Source: Spirochaetia bacterium (GTDB lineage Bacteria > Spirochaetota > Spirochaetia > SZUA-6 > Bin103). Taken from it: a stretch of 64,000 nt of DNA. Where the stretch lies: assembly GCA_965208575.1 (NCBI GenBank), contig CBDBOV010000003.1, positions 640,001-704,000 of the forward strand, given 5' to 3'. The notes beneath the pieces are model-generated. The model did no database searches. It was not told the origin of the DNA and saw only the letters and a program-made list of their open reading frames with translations. Below are positions 40,342 through 49,185 of the stretch, in pieces; position 1 is the stretch's first letter, and each line of letters opens with the position of its first letter. Both the position numbers and the translations under genes were made by a program.

Positions 40342-40896
40342 TCACAGCGGAGAGACTCCGCGGCTGCGGCGGGCGGCGAGGATGCTTCGTTCCATCTCGT
40401 GGCCCGCGTCACGCAGTTCCGCCAACTTCTCCGGATCCAACTCGACAGGGAAGGCGGTGGGGATGCGTTGCAGGCAGGCGAGGGTCTCGGTCCAGTAGTA
40501 GACGGTGCGGAAGAACACCAGCACGTCACCGTGCTCCAGGAGCAGCTTGCGGTACATGATCGAGCGGCCCATGTCGTAGCCGTCCATCACCTCCCGCCAG
40601 GCGGCGCAGTCGCCGGCCAGCAGGTAGGTGCAGCGCGGCTCCGCCTCCGCGCGAGTGGTCAGGCGGACGCCGGTGCATGCGCCGCGCTCAAGCTCCAGCA
40701 CGATAGTGTCGGGGTTGCCGCCGGGCAGGTCGCGCACCGCCAGGCCGAGCGTGCAGTTGACGTTGGCCTTGGCGCGCTCGATCCAGTTCCAGAATCCCTC
40801 CACCTTGCGCTCCACGGTGGCCGGATCGGGGCCCTCGTTGATCGCGGCACGCGCCGCCTGCGCCCAGTCGGCGGAGAAGAACGGGATCGGTGCCAT
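40342..40896 (-). CDS. SCP2 sterol/lipid-carrier-like domain protein
   Basis: FFSADWAQAARAAIN...LELERGACTG...YLLAGDCAAWREVMDG.D.....M..KLLLE.GD; TGATG coupling to the upstream gene. Confidence 0.6.
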   Translation of the reverse strand: MAPIPFFSADWAQAARAAINEGPDPATVERKVEGFWNWIERAKANVNCTLGLAVRDLPGGNPDTIVLELERGACTGVRLTTRAEAEPRCTYLLAGDCAAWREVMDGYDMGRSIMYRKLLLEHGDVLVFFRTVYYWTETLACLQRIPTAFPVELDPEKLAELRDAGHEMERSILAARRSRGVSPL

Positions 40897-41906
40897 CAGC
40901 CGCCGGCCATCACCGGGTCCATCTGGTCGATCATCTCCTCGACGTCGGCGGGCAGGGCGACGCCGACCAGGCCCAGCTTCTTGCGGAGCTGGCGCCCGCG
41001 CAGCGCCTTCTCGCGCTCCGCCGACCAGCCGAGCACGCCGAGGTCCACGCGCATGCTGCCGGTGTTGGCGAACGTCAGCAGGGTGCGCATGGTCTCGTGC
41101 AGGTCGCGCACCAGCCCCGGATCGTCGTTCAGCAGCTCGCGGATGAAGCGCAGGCCAGCCTGTACGTGGCGCGCCTCGTCGCGGCAGGTGGCGGTGAAGC
41201 CGGCGTAGTAGGCGGGCAGCACCTTGCGGTCGCGCGCGAACCCGAGCGTGACCTTCATCGACGACAGCGCCAGCACGCCCTCGATCCACAGCATGTAGGT
41301 CACCGCGTACTGCATCAGCAGGTGCCTGTCGTACGGGTTGCGGCGCAGGTCGTCGGTCAGGTAGGCGAGCAGCCCGAACGGTCCCGTGAAGCCGTCGCCG
41401 ACGAACGGGTAGGACTCGTCGAGCAGGTCCATGATGGTGTCGCCCGGCATGCCCACCACCTCACGGTAGAAGCGGTCGAAGAAGATGGTGTGGCGCGCCT
41501 CGTCCTCAAGGTGGCTGGACAGGAAGATCCGGTAGTCCTCCGGAATGCCCATGAACAGCGGTCCCAGGCACACGGTGACCTGCCGCTCGCCGTGGTGGAA
41601 CCCGGATGCCATCTTCAGGAACGTGTCCCGCTCCTCCTCCGACATGCGCTCGTTCCAGTCGTGCACGTCGGTGGCGAAGTCGAGCTCGGTCACGTCCCAG
41701 CGCTGCTTGAGGTACTTCTCGTACAGCCGCAGGTAGCTCGGAAACTCGCGCGCGCTGTCGTGCACGTAATCGAGCAGGTCGTCGATGTCGACCCTGGCGA
41801 TGCCGCGCAGGTCGGTGTAGGCGAAGCTCGGCTCCCGCGCCGAAGCCCCGTTGACCAGCGGCGGGCGGTCGACGGTAGACGGTGCGGTGGGGGCTGGGGT
41901 TGCCAC
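40896..41906 (-). CDS. Ferritin-like dimetal carboxylate protein, R2-like ligand-binding oxidase (R2lox) type
   Basis: GERQV, EDEARH, Y..WIEGVLA, RDEARH metal-ligand motifs; RBS AGAAGGAG. Confidence 0.75.
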   Translation of the reverse strand: MATPAPTAPSTVDRPPLVNGASAREPSFAYTDLRGIARVDIDDLLDYVHDSAREFPSYLRLYEKYLKQRWDVTELDFATDVHDWNERMSEEERDTFLKMASGFHHGERQVTVCLGPLFMGIPEDYRIFLSSHLEDEARHTIFFDRFYREVVGMPGDTIMDLLDESYPFVGDGFTGPFGLLAYLTDDLRRNPYDRHLLMQYAVTYMLWIEGVLALSSMKVTLGFARDRKVLPAYYAGFTATCRDEARHVQAGLRFIRELLNDDPGLVRDLHETMRTLLTFANTGSMRVDLGVLGWSAEREKALRGRQLRKKLGLVGVALPADVEEMIDQMDPVMAGG

Positions 41907-42027
41907 TGATGCTCTCCTTCTCAGGACGGCGTTCCGCCAATCCTACCGCCGGAGCCGGCGCGCGGCAAATCGCCCGTGCGCTCCCCAAGTCCGATAGTAT
42001 CAAGCAATACAAATGAGGGAGATTGGC

Positions 42028-42486
42028 ATGGCGGGAAACACGAACGTAACGCTGGACGAGCACTTCAGCCGGGACGTGACGGAGGTGGTGCCGTTTCTGG
42101 CAGTGGCGGACATGCGCGCCTCGCTGGCGTTCTACGTCGACGGGCTGGGGTTCGCGATGGAGGGCAAATGGGTGGATGACGGCGCGCTGCGCTGGTGCCG
42201 GTTGCGCCGTGGCGGTGCGTCGCTCATGTTGCAGCAGTTCCGCACTTCCGGGCACGACGCACGCCGGTTCAGCGACAACAAGGGCGAAGGGGTGGTGCTG
42301 TGCTTCTTCTGCGCCGACGCAGTGGCATTCTACCGCGCAGTGTGCGAGCGCGGGCTGGCGGCGACCGAGCCGCAAGTCGGGAACGCCATGTGGGTGACCG
42401 AGCTGACCGATCCGGACGGGTACCGGCTGTTGTTCGAGAGTCCCACCGACGTGCCGGAAGAGACCAGGCTGTCGCAAATCCCGTAA
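42028..42486 (+). CDS. VOC/glyoxalase family protein
   Basis: VPFLAVADMRASLAFYVDGLGF...LTDPDGYRLLF. Confidence 0.88.
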   Translation: MAGNTNVTLDEHFSRDVTEVVPFLAVADMRASLAFYVDGLGFAMEGKWVDDGALRWCRLRRGGASLMLQQFRTSGHDARRFSDNKGEGVVLCFFCADAVAFYRAVCERGLAATEPQVGNAMWVTELTDPDGYRLLFESPTDVPEETRLSQIP

Positions 42487-42548
42487 TCCCAACCCCAGCC
42501 CATGCCCGTGTTGCAGGAGGCGGGGGCAAACCGTAGGATGCCGCCGTA

Positions 42549-44693
42549 ATGCAGCTACCAAAGGACTATGCCGATCGCGTCTATGCGGGCGTGTTGGGCA
42601 AGATCATCGGCGTCTACCTGGGGCGCCCGTTCGAGGGCTGGGAGTTCGAGCGCATCGAGCGCGAGCTCGGCGAGATTACCGATTACGTGCACGAGCGGAT
42701 GGGGGTGCCGCTGATCGTTACCGACGACGACATCTCCGGCACCTTCACCTTCATCCGTGCGCTGGAGGACTTCGCCGGCGGCGCCGGCATCAGTGCCGCC
42801 GACATCGGGCGCACCTGGCTCAACTACCTGATCGAGGAACGCACCGTGCTGTGGTGGGGCGGCCTCGGCAACTCCACCGAGCACACCGCCTACCTGCGCC
42901 TCAAACACGGCGTGGAGGCGCCGCGCAGCGGCTCCATCGCCCTGAACAGCAAGGTGGTGGCGGAGCAGATCGGCGCCCAGATCTTCATCGACGGCTGGGC
43001 GATGGTGGCGCCGGGCGACCCGGAGCTGGCCGCGGCGCTGGCCGGCAAGGCGGGCAGCGTGAGCCACGACGGCGAAGCGGTGTACGGCGCCCAGGTGCTG
43101 GCGGCGATGGAGGCGGCGGCGTTCACGGAGTCGAACATGGATGCCCTGCTGGACACCGGCGTGCGCTTCATTCCGGCCGACTCGGTGATCGCGCGCCTGA
43201 TCGCCGACCTGCGCGAGTGGCACGCGGCCGACGGCGACGACTGGCGCAAGAGCTTCGGGCGCATCCAGGGCAGCTACGGCTACGACAAGTACGGCGGCAA
43301 CTGCCACATGGTGCCCAACCACGCCATCATCATCCTGGCCCTGCTGGCCGGCGGCGGCGACTTTGCCCATTCGTTGATGATCGCCAACACCTGCGGCTGG
43401 GACACCGACTGCAACTCCGGCAACGTCGGCTGCCTGCTCGGCATCCGCGGCGGCCTTGCGGCGATCGACGCCGCCGGCGCGAACGGAGGCGGCAACGGCG
43501 CCGGCGTCGGCAAGTGGCGCGGCCCGGTGGCGGACCGGTTGTACCTGCCCACCGCCGACGGCGGGCGCTGCATCACCGACGCCGTGCAGCAGTCGTACCG
43601 GCTGATCAACCTGGGCCGCGGGCTGCAGGGGCTCGATCCGCTGGCGCCCAAGGATGGCGCGCGCTTCCACTTCTCGCTGCCCGGCTCCGTGCAGGGCTTC
43701 GAGCCGGGCGGCGCCGCCTCGTCGGTCGCCAACGACGGCGGCCGGCTGGCGATACGGTTCAAGGGCGTCGACGCGACCGGCAAGGCGAGCGCGTCGACCG
43801 CCACCTTCATCCCCATGGACGCCGACAAGGTGGGCGGCTACCAGCTCCTGGCCTCGCCGACCCTGCACCCGGGGCAGCGCGTGCGCGCCCGGGTGGACCT
43901 GGACGCCGCGGCGAGCGGCGCCGTGGCGTGCCGGCTGTGGGCCAAGGTGGTGCGCAGCGCGGAGGACACGGAGAAGGTCGCTTCCGACCCGGTGGAACTG
44001 GCGCCCGGCGCCGGCGCCGAGTTGGAGTGGGAGGTGCCCGACACCAACGGCCACCCGGTGGCCCGGGTCGGCATCTCCGCGGTGTCCGCCGCATCCGGCG
44101 CCGGCGCCGTGGCCGGCACCCTGTATCTCGACTGGCTGACCTGGGACGGCACCCCGCGCACCAGCCTGTCGCGTCCGAGCGGCGCCGCGATCGAGCGTCC
44201 CAAGATCCGCGCGTGGCCGTGGTGGGGACGGGCCTGGGTGAACGGCGCCTCCATGTTCTGGCCCAAGGACTGGGCCGAACCGATGCGGCTGATCCAGAAC
44301 GAGGGCACGGGGCTGGCCTTTCAGGGCAACGAGACCTGGACCGACTACCGGGTCACCGCCACCATGCGCATCCACATGGCCAAGGCGGGCGGCATCGGCG
44401 CCCGTGCCGGCGGCATGCACCGCTACTACGCGTTGCTGATCGGCGGCGACGGCGTGGTGCGCCTGGTGCGCCACGTCAACGAAACGGTAGTGCTCGGCGA
44501 GGCGCCGCTGGCCGGTGGGCTCGACGAGCGGCACCGGCTGACCCTGGAGGTGGACGGCTCCACCATCCGCGGGTCGGTGGACGGCGGCCCCGCTCTCGAG
44601 GCGACCGACGACGCGCTGCGCGGCGGCGCGGTAGCCTTGATCGGCGAGGAGGGGCGCGTCGAATACTGGGACGTCGATATCGAACCGGTGTAA
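42549..44693 (+). CDS. ADP-ribosylglycohydrolase family protein with C-terminal beta-rich extension
   Basis: GKIIGVYLGRPFEGW, TDDD, GWDTDCN. Confidence 0.85.
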   Translation: MQLPKDYADRVYAGVLGKIIGVYLGRPFEGWEFERIERELGEITDYVHERMGVPLIVTDDDISGTFTFIRALEDFAGGAGISAADIGRTWLNYLIEERTVLWWGGLGNSTEHTAYLRLKHGVEAPRSGSIALNSKVVAEQIGAQIFIDGWAMVAPGDPELAAALAGKAGSVSHDGEAVYGAQVLAAMEAAAFTESNMDALLDTGVRFIPADSVIARLIADLREWHAADGDDWRKSFGRIQGSYGYDKYGGNCHMVPNHAIIILALLAGGGDFAHSLMIANTCGWDTDCNSGNVGCLLGIRGGLAAIDAAGANGGGNGAGVGKWRGPVADRLYLPTADGGRCITDAVQQSYRLINLGRGLQGLDPLAPKDGARFHFSLPGSVQGFEPGGAASSVANDGGRLAIRFKGVDATGKASASTATFIPMDADKVGGYQLLASPTLHPGQRVRARVDLDAAASGAVACRLWAKVVRSAEDTEKVASDPVELAPGAGAELEWEVPDTNGHPVARVGISAVSAASGAGAVAGTLYLDWLTWDGTPRTSLSRPSGAAIERPKIRAWPWWGRAWVNGASMFWPKDWAEPMRLIQNEGTGLAFQGNETWTDYRVTATMRIHMAKAGGIGARAGGMHRYYALLIGGDGVVRLVRHVNETVVLGEAPLAGGLDERHRLTLEVDGSTIRGSVDGGPALEATDDALRGGAVALIGEEGRVEYWDVDIEPV

Positions 44694-45054
44694 CGGCCCG
44701 CGGCGAACCTCGGGCGGCATGCGAACGCCGCAGCCGTGCAATCGTCCAGCCAATCGCTCGTCGCCGCCGGTTGCCGCCTCGGCGGCGACGAACGCGGCGG
44801 GTTGAGCACCTTCAGTGACTGCGGCTGACCGGCGTTCGGCGCGCCGCGGGCGCTCCCGCGCGGCCCGGCCAGCCTTCCCGCGCCGCCAACTCGTGGAGGA
44901 GCCGGACGGCCGGTTCGGATACCCTCGGCACGGTGGTTCCCAGCGGTCGACACTCCATTACACTACATGGTGTACGCCTGCAGGCGACTCGACAGCGCGG
45001 TGACGCGGCCCCGCGGTCATGCGCCGCCGCTGCAAGAGCAGGAGGAGAGAGCCG

Positions 45055-45537
45055 ATGTCCAGGACCTTGTATCTGCTGCGTCACGCCAAGGCAGGATCCC
45101 CGGCTGCGGGAGCGCGCGACCACGACCGGGAGCTGACCGGCCGCGGACGGCGTGAGGCGGCGGCCCTGGGCGCCCGCTACGCCGGCGGCGCAGAACTCCC
45201 GGATCTGGTCATTGCCAGCACCGCGGCGCGCGCCGTGCAGACCGCCGAGTTGTGGGTGCGGGCAGCCGGGTTGCCGGCAGGGGTGATCATGCGGCGCGGC
45301 GGGATCTACCTGGCGGAGGCGGAAGCCGTGCTGAGCCTGGTCCACGGCCTGGACGGGGCGCTGCGGCGGGTGCTGCTGGTGGGGCACAATCCCACCTTCA
45401 GCGAGTTGGTCTCCGGCCTCTCGCGGCGCTTCATCGCCCTGCCGACGTGCGCCATGGCAGTGCTGAGCATCGCCGGCCCGTGGGCCGACACCGGCGCGGC
45501 GACCGCCCGCCTGCTGCGCATCGACCGCGGCCGCTGA
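45055..45537 (+). CDS. SixA-like histidine phosphatase
   Basis: LLRHAKA, DHDRELT.RG, STAARA.QTA, VGHNP; RBS GGAGGAG. Confidence 0.88.
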   Translation: MSRTLYLLRHAKAGSPAAGARDHDRELTGRGRREAAALGARYAGGAELPDLVIASTAARAVQTAELWVRAAGLPAGVIMRRGGIYLAEAEAVLSLVHGLDGALRRVLLVGHNPTFSELVSGLSRRFIALPTCAMAVLSIAGPWADTGAATARLLRIDRGR

Positions 45538-45593
45538 TGCCGCCCGGCGCACCCCTACCCGAACCGGTGAGAATCCGGCATGCTCGGACGGAC

Positions 45594-46427
45594 ATGGAAT
45601 CGAACAAGGGCACCGGCCGGCTGGCCGGCAAGGTGGCGATCGTTACCGGCGGCGGGGCGCGCGAAGGAACCGAACTGGGTACCGGGCGCGCCAGCGCGAT
45701 AGCGATGGCGCGCGAGGGAGCGCGGGTGCTGGTCGCCGACCTGCACCAGGACAACGCGGAGCGAACCGTGGCGGAAATCCGCGGCGAGGGCGGTGAGGCG
45801 TCAGCGTTCGCCGCCGACGTGTCGAACAGCGAGCAGTGCGCCGCCATGGCCGCGGCGGCGGTGGAGCGCTTCGGCGCCCTGCACGTGCTGATGAACAACT
45901 GCGGGGCAGGCGGCACCAGCGGCACGGTGAGCGGCATGGACGAGGCGATTCTGGAGCGCAGCCTGAACGTCAATCTCAAGAGCGCCGTCTTTTCCAGCAA
46001 GCATGCCATCCCGCACATGGCGGCGGCGGGCGGCGGATCGATCATCAACGTGTCCTCCATCGACGGCCTCACCGCCGGCATGATGACCAACGCCCCGTAC
46101 GGGATCGCCAAGGGGGCGCTGCACATGCTGACCAAGACCACCGCGGTGTACCACGGGCGCGAGGGGATCCGCGCCAACTGCATCGCACCGGGGCACCTGC
46201 ACGCCGCGTTCACCGACAGATTCCCGGAGCGCACCCGCGACCTGCGGCGCCGCGCCGGTCCGCTCGGCACCGAGGGCACCGCGTGGGACATCGCCTGGGC
46301 GGCGGTGTTCCTGGCCAGCGACGAAGCGCGCTGGATCTCGGGCGTGGTGCTGCCGGTGGACGCCGGCCTGCTCGCCGCCGCCCCGCTCACCGCCTACGCC
46401 TACCTGGAGGACGTCAAGTACCTGTAA
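45594..46427 (+). CDS. Classical SDR oxidoreductase
   Basis: VAIVTGGG, NNCG, NVSS, YGIAK, NCIAPG. Confidence 0.9.
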   Translation: MESNKGTGRLAGKVAIVTGGGAREGTELGTGRASAIAMAREGARVLVADLHQDNAERTVAEIRGEGGEASAFAADVSNSEQCAAMAAAAVERFGALHVLMNNCGAGGTSGTVSGMDEAILERSLNVNLKSAVFSSKHAIPHMAAAGGGSIINVSSIDGLTAGMMTNAPYGIAKGALHMLTKTTAVYHGREGIRANCIAPGHLHAAFTDRFPERTRDLRRRAGPLGTEGTAWDIAWAAVFLASDEARWISGVVLPVDAGLLAAAPLTAYAYLEDVKYL

Positions 46428-46472
46428 TTGCGGCAGTTGCGGCGTCGGGCAGCGCCGCCGCCAGCGCGCGGC

Positions 46473-47819
46473 CTAGGCGGGCAGCACCTCGTGCACGGAG
46501 TCGCGCAGGATCTCCACCATCCGGTCGAGTTGCTGTTCGCTTGTGACCACCGGCGGCGCCAGCGGGAACACGTCGCCGCGCACGCGGCTGAACAGGCCGC
46601 GTGCCTGGGCGGCGGCGTGCACCCGGTTGCCCACGTTGTCGGCGGCCGGGAACTCGTCCTTGGACGCCTTGTCCTGCACGATCTCTACCGCGCACATCAA
46701 TCCCTTGCCGCGCACGTCGCCAACGTGCGGGTGGTCGGCGAGCGCATCGTTCAGGCCCGCCAGCAGCCGGTCACCCTTGGCAGCCGACTGGCCCGGGAAG
46801 TCCTCGTCCAGGATGATGTCGATGGTGCGCAGCGCCACCGCACAGCCGGTCGGGTGGGCGCTGTAGGTGTAGGCGTGCATCCACGGCCCGGAGGCGCCGT
46901 CCAGCACCTCGGCAATCGCGTCGTTCACGCCGACGCCGCCCAGTGGGAAGTAGCCTGAGGTCACCGCCTTGGCGAACTGCATCATGTCCGGCTGCACGCC
47001 CCAGTGGTCGAGCGCAAACAGCTTGCCGGTGCGCCCGAAGCCGGTGATCACTTCGTCCGCGGCAAACAGCACGTCGTAGCGGTCGCAGATCTCGCGAATG
47101 CGCGGGAAGTAGTCGTCCTGCGGCACGATCACCCCGCCGGCGCCCTGCACCGGCTCGGCCAGGAACATCGCCACCGTGTCCGCGCCCTCGCGCAGGATCG
47201 CCCGCTCCAGCTCGTCGGCGGCCGCCACCCCCTGGCTCACCCCCGCCGGCGCCTCGTAGCGGTAGGGGTAGGGGGACGGTATGTGAATGAAACCGGGCAC
47301 GCGCGGCTCGAACGCCGGCCAGTAGGTGGCGATGCCGGTGGCGCTCATGGCGGCCAGCGTCACGCCGTGGTAGCCCCACTGGCGCGAGATCACCTTGGTC
47401 TTGTGCGGCTTGCCGCGCAGCTTCCAGTAAGAGCGCGCGAGCTTGAACGAGGTCTCGCTCGACTCGCCGCCGCCGGAGGTGAAGAAGAACCGGTTGATCG
47501 ACGGGTAGGTGATCCCGGCCAGCCGTTCCGCCAGGTCGATGGCGGGCGGGCTGGAGCTGCCAGCGTAGGCGGAGCAGTAGGCGAGGGTGCTCATCTGCCC
47601 GGCGGCGGCGTCCGCCAGCTCGGTGCGCCCGTGGCCGGCCACCACGTTCCAGAGCCCAGACAGGCCGTCCAGGTACTCGTTGCCGTCGGCGTCTTCCATC
47701 ACCGCGCCGTGGCCGCGCACCCACACGTGGCCGTCGGCATGGACGTTGCGGCTGTGGATCGGATGAATCAGGTGGCGCTGGTCGCGCTCCAGGAACTGGG
47801 TCTTCGTTGCGTGCTGCAC
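46473..47819 (-). CDS. Class-III PLP aminotransferase (omega-amine type)
   Basis: YLDGLSGLW, GYHG, EPVQGAGG, DEVITGFGRTG, FAKAVTSGY. Confidence 0.92.
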   Translation of the reverse strand: MQHATKTQFLERDQRHLIHPIHSRNVHADGHVWVRGHGAVMEDADGNEYLDGLSGLWNVVAGHGRTELADAAAGQMSTLAYCSAYAGSSSPPAIDLAERLAGITYPSINRFFFTSGGGESSETSFKLARSYWKLRGKPHKTKVISRQWGYHGVTLAAMSATGIATYWPAFEPRVPGFIHIPSPYPYRYEAPAGVSQGVAAADELERAILREGADTVAMFLAEPVQGAGGVIVPQDDYFPRIREICDRYDVLFAADEVITGFGRTGKLFALDHWGVQPDMMQFAKAVTSGYFPLGGVGVNDAIAEVLDGASGPWMHAYTYSAHPTGCAVALRTIDIILDEDFPGQSAAKGDRLLAGLNDALADHPHVGDVRGKGLMCAVEIVQDKASKDEFPAADNVGNRVHAAAQARGLFSRVRGDVFPLAPPVVTSEQQLDRMVEILRDSVHEVLPA

Positions 47820-47907
47820 GCGGCAAGATAGTACCGGGGACGCGCGCCCGGCAACAAGCCGGCCGGCTGTCCGCGTCTGTCCGGAATACGCCTCCCGGTA
47901 CCTGGAG

Positions 47908-49140
47908 CTATTGTTCCCAATAGCGTTTGAGCGCCGTCAGGCCCTCCTCGGCGTCCTTCTCGTCGATGCCGGAGTAGGCGAAGCGCACGTACACCCGCTC
48001 CTCGCCGGGCAGCGACCGCCCGAAGTGGGTGCGGGCGCAGAATGACACGCCGGTCTCGTGCATGGTGGTGATGCGAAATGCCTGGGTGTCCTCGTCACTG
48101 CCTACTCGGTATCCGAGCCGGCGGTACACGTCGGTCACGTCCGGGAACAGGTAGAAGGTGGCGTCGGAGTCGGGCACCGTTACCCCGTCGATGCCGTTCA
48201 GCAGGTCGACGATGCGGTCGCGGCGGCCCTGCAGCGTGTTCACGATGTGCCCGGAGCCGCTCTGGTCGCCCTGCAGCGCCTCCACGCCGGCCAGTTGCAC
48301 GAACTGGTTGGTGCACGATTCGTCGTTGGTGTTGATCTTGGTGATGATGTCGACGACCGATTCCGGCCCCACCGCGGCGCCGAGCCGCCACCCGGTCATG
48401 GCGTATTTCTTGGAAAACGTGTAGCCGATAACCGTGCGCTCGGCCATGCCGTCGAATTCGACGATGGAGTGGCTGCTGCCGGCGTAGCGGATGTCGATGT
48501 AGGGATCGTCGGACAGCACCCACAGGTCGCGGTCGCGGGCGAGGTCGGCGAGCCACTCCAACTCTTCCGCGCTGGCGTCGGCGCCGGTGGGGTTGTGCTG
48601 AGCGTTGACGATCAGCACGCGCGTGGTGTCGTCGACGGCGCGCTGCACGGAGTCGCGGTCGATGCGGAACCGGCCCTCGTCGATCGTGTAGGTGTAAGGC
48701 TGGCCGCGCCCGCCGAGAAAGTCCACCTGCGACTCGTAGATCGGGTAGCCGGGATTGGGATACAGCACGCCGTCGCCGTTCTCCATCACCGCCATCAGGA
48801 ACTTGCCGATGCACGGTTTGCCGCCCGGCTGCACCGACACGTTGGCGGCATGGTAATCCACCCCGCGCTCCGCGCTCAGCGACTCTGCGAGCGCCTCGCG
48901 CAGTTGCGGCACGCCGCCGGCGGGCGTGTAGAACGTCCTGCCGTCGATCATCGCGGAGTAGGCGGAACGGATAATGTTCAGCGGCGTGCGAATGTTCATG
49001 TCACCGAGGTGGAATGGATAGACGCGGTGCCCCTGCGCCGCCCAGGCGGCCGCATCGCCGGACACGGCGAACGCCGTCTCGGTACCCAGGCGGGAGATGC
49101 GGCGCGGGGTGCGGGGACGGCTCATGCTCAGTGTGCTCAT
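47908..49140 (-). CDS. Class I/II PLP aminotransferase
   Basis: PNPGYPIY, HNPTG, SDDPY, FSKKYAMTGWRLG, VRFAY. Confidence 0.92.
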   Translation of the reverse strand: MSTLSMSRPRTPRRISRLGTETAFAVSGDAAAWAAQGHRVYPFHLGDMNIRTPLNIIRSAYSAMIDGRTFYTPAGGVPQLREALAESLSAERGVDYHAANVSVQPGGKPCIGKFLMAVMENGDGVLYPNPGYPIYESQVDFLGGRGQPYTYTIDEGRFRIDRDSVQRAVDDTTRVLIVNAQHNPTGADASAEELEWLADLARDRDLWVLSDDPYIDIRYAGSSHSIVEFDGMAERTVIGYTFSKKYAMTGWRLGAAVGPESVVDIITKINTNDESCTNQFVQLAGVEALQGDQSGSGHIVNTLQGRRDRIVDLLNGIDGVTVPDSDATFYLFPDVTDVYRRLGYRVGSDEDTQAFRITTMHETGVSFCARTHFGRSLPGEERVYVRFAYSGIDEKDAEEGLTALKRYWEQ

Positions 49141-49185
49141 AGTCAATTTCTCCGGGTGTAATGAATGGTGGCGGTGCTCACACGG

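Noticed and set aside
36300-44693. Functional pairing of the RES toxin with the ADP-ribosylglycohydrolase
   Set aside because: They are about 6 kb apart with unrelated genes between, and RES has its own Xre antitoxin.
44959-44974. TACACTACATGGTGTA as an NrdR box
   Set aside because: The spacing does not fit the 16-bp consensus, it is a single copy, and no RNR operon follows.
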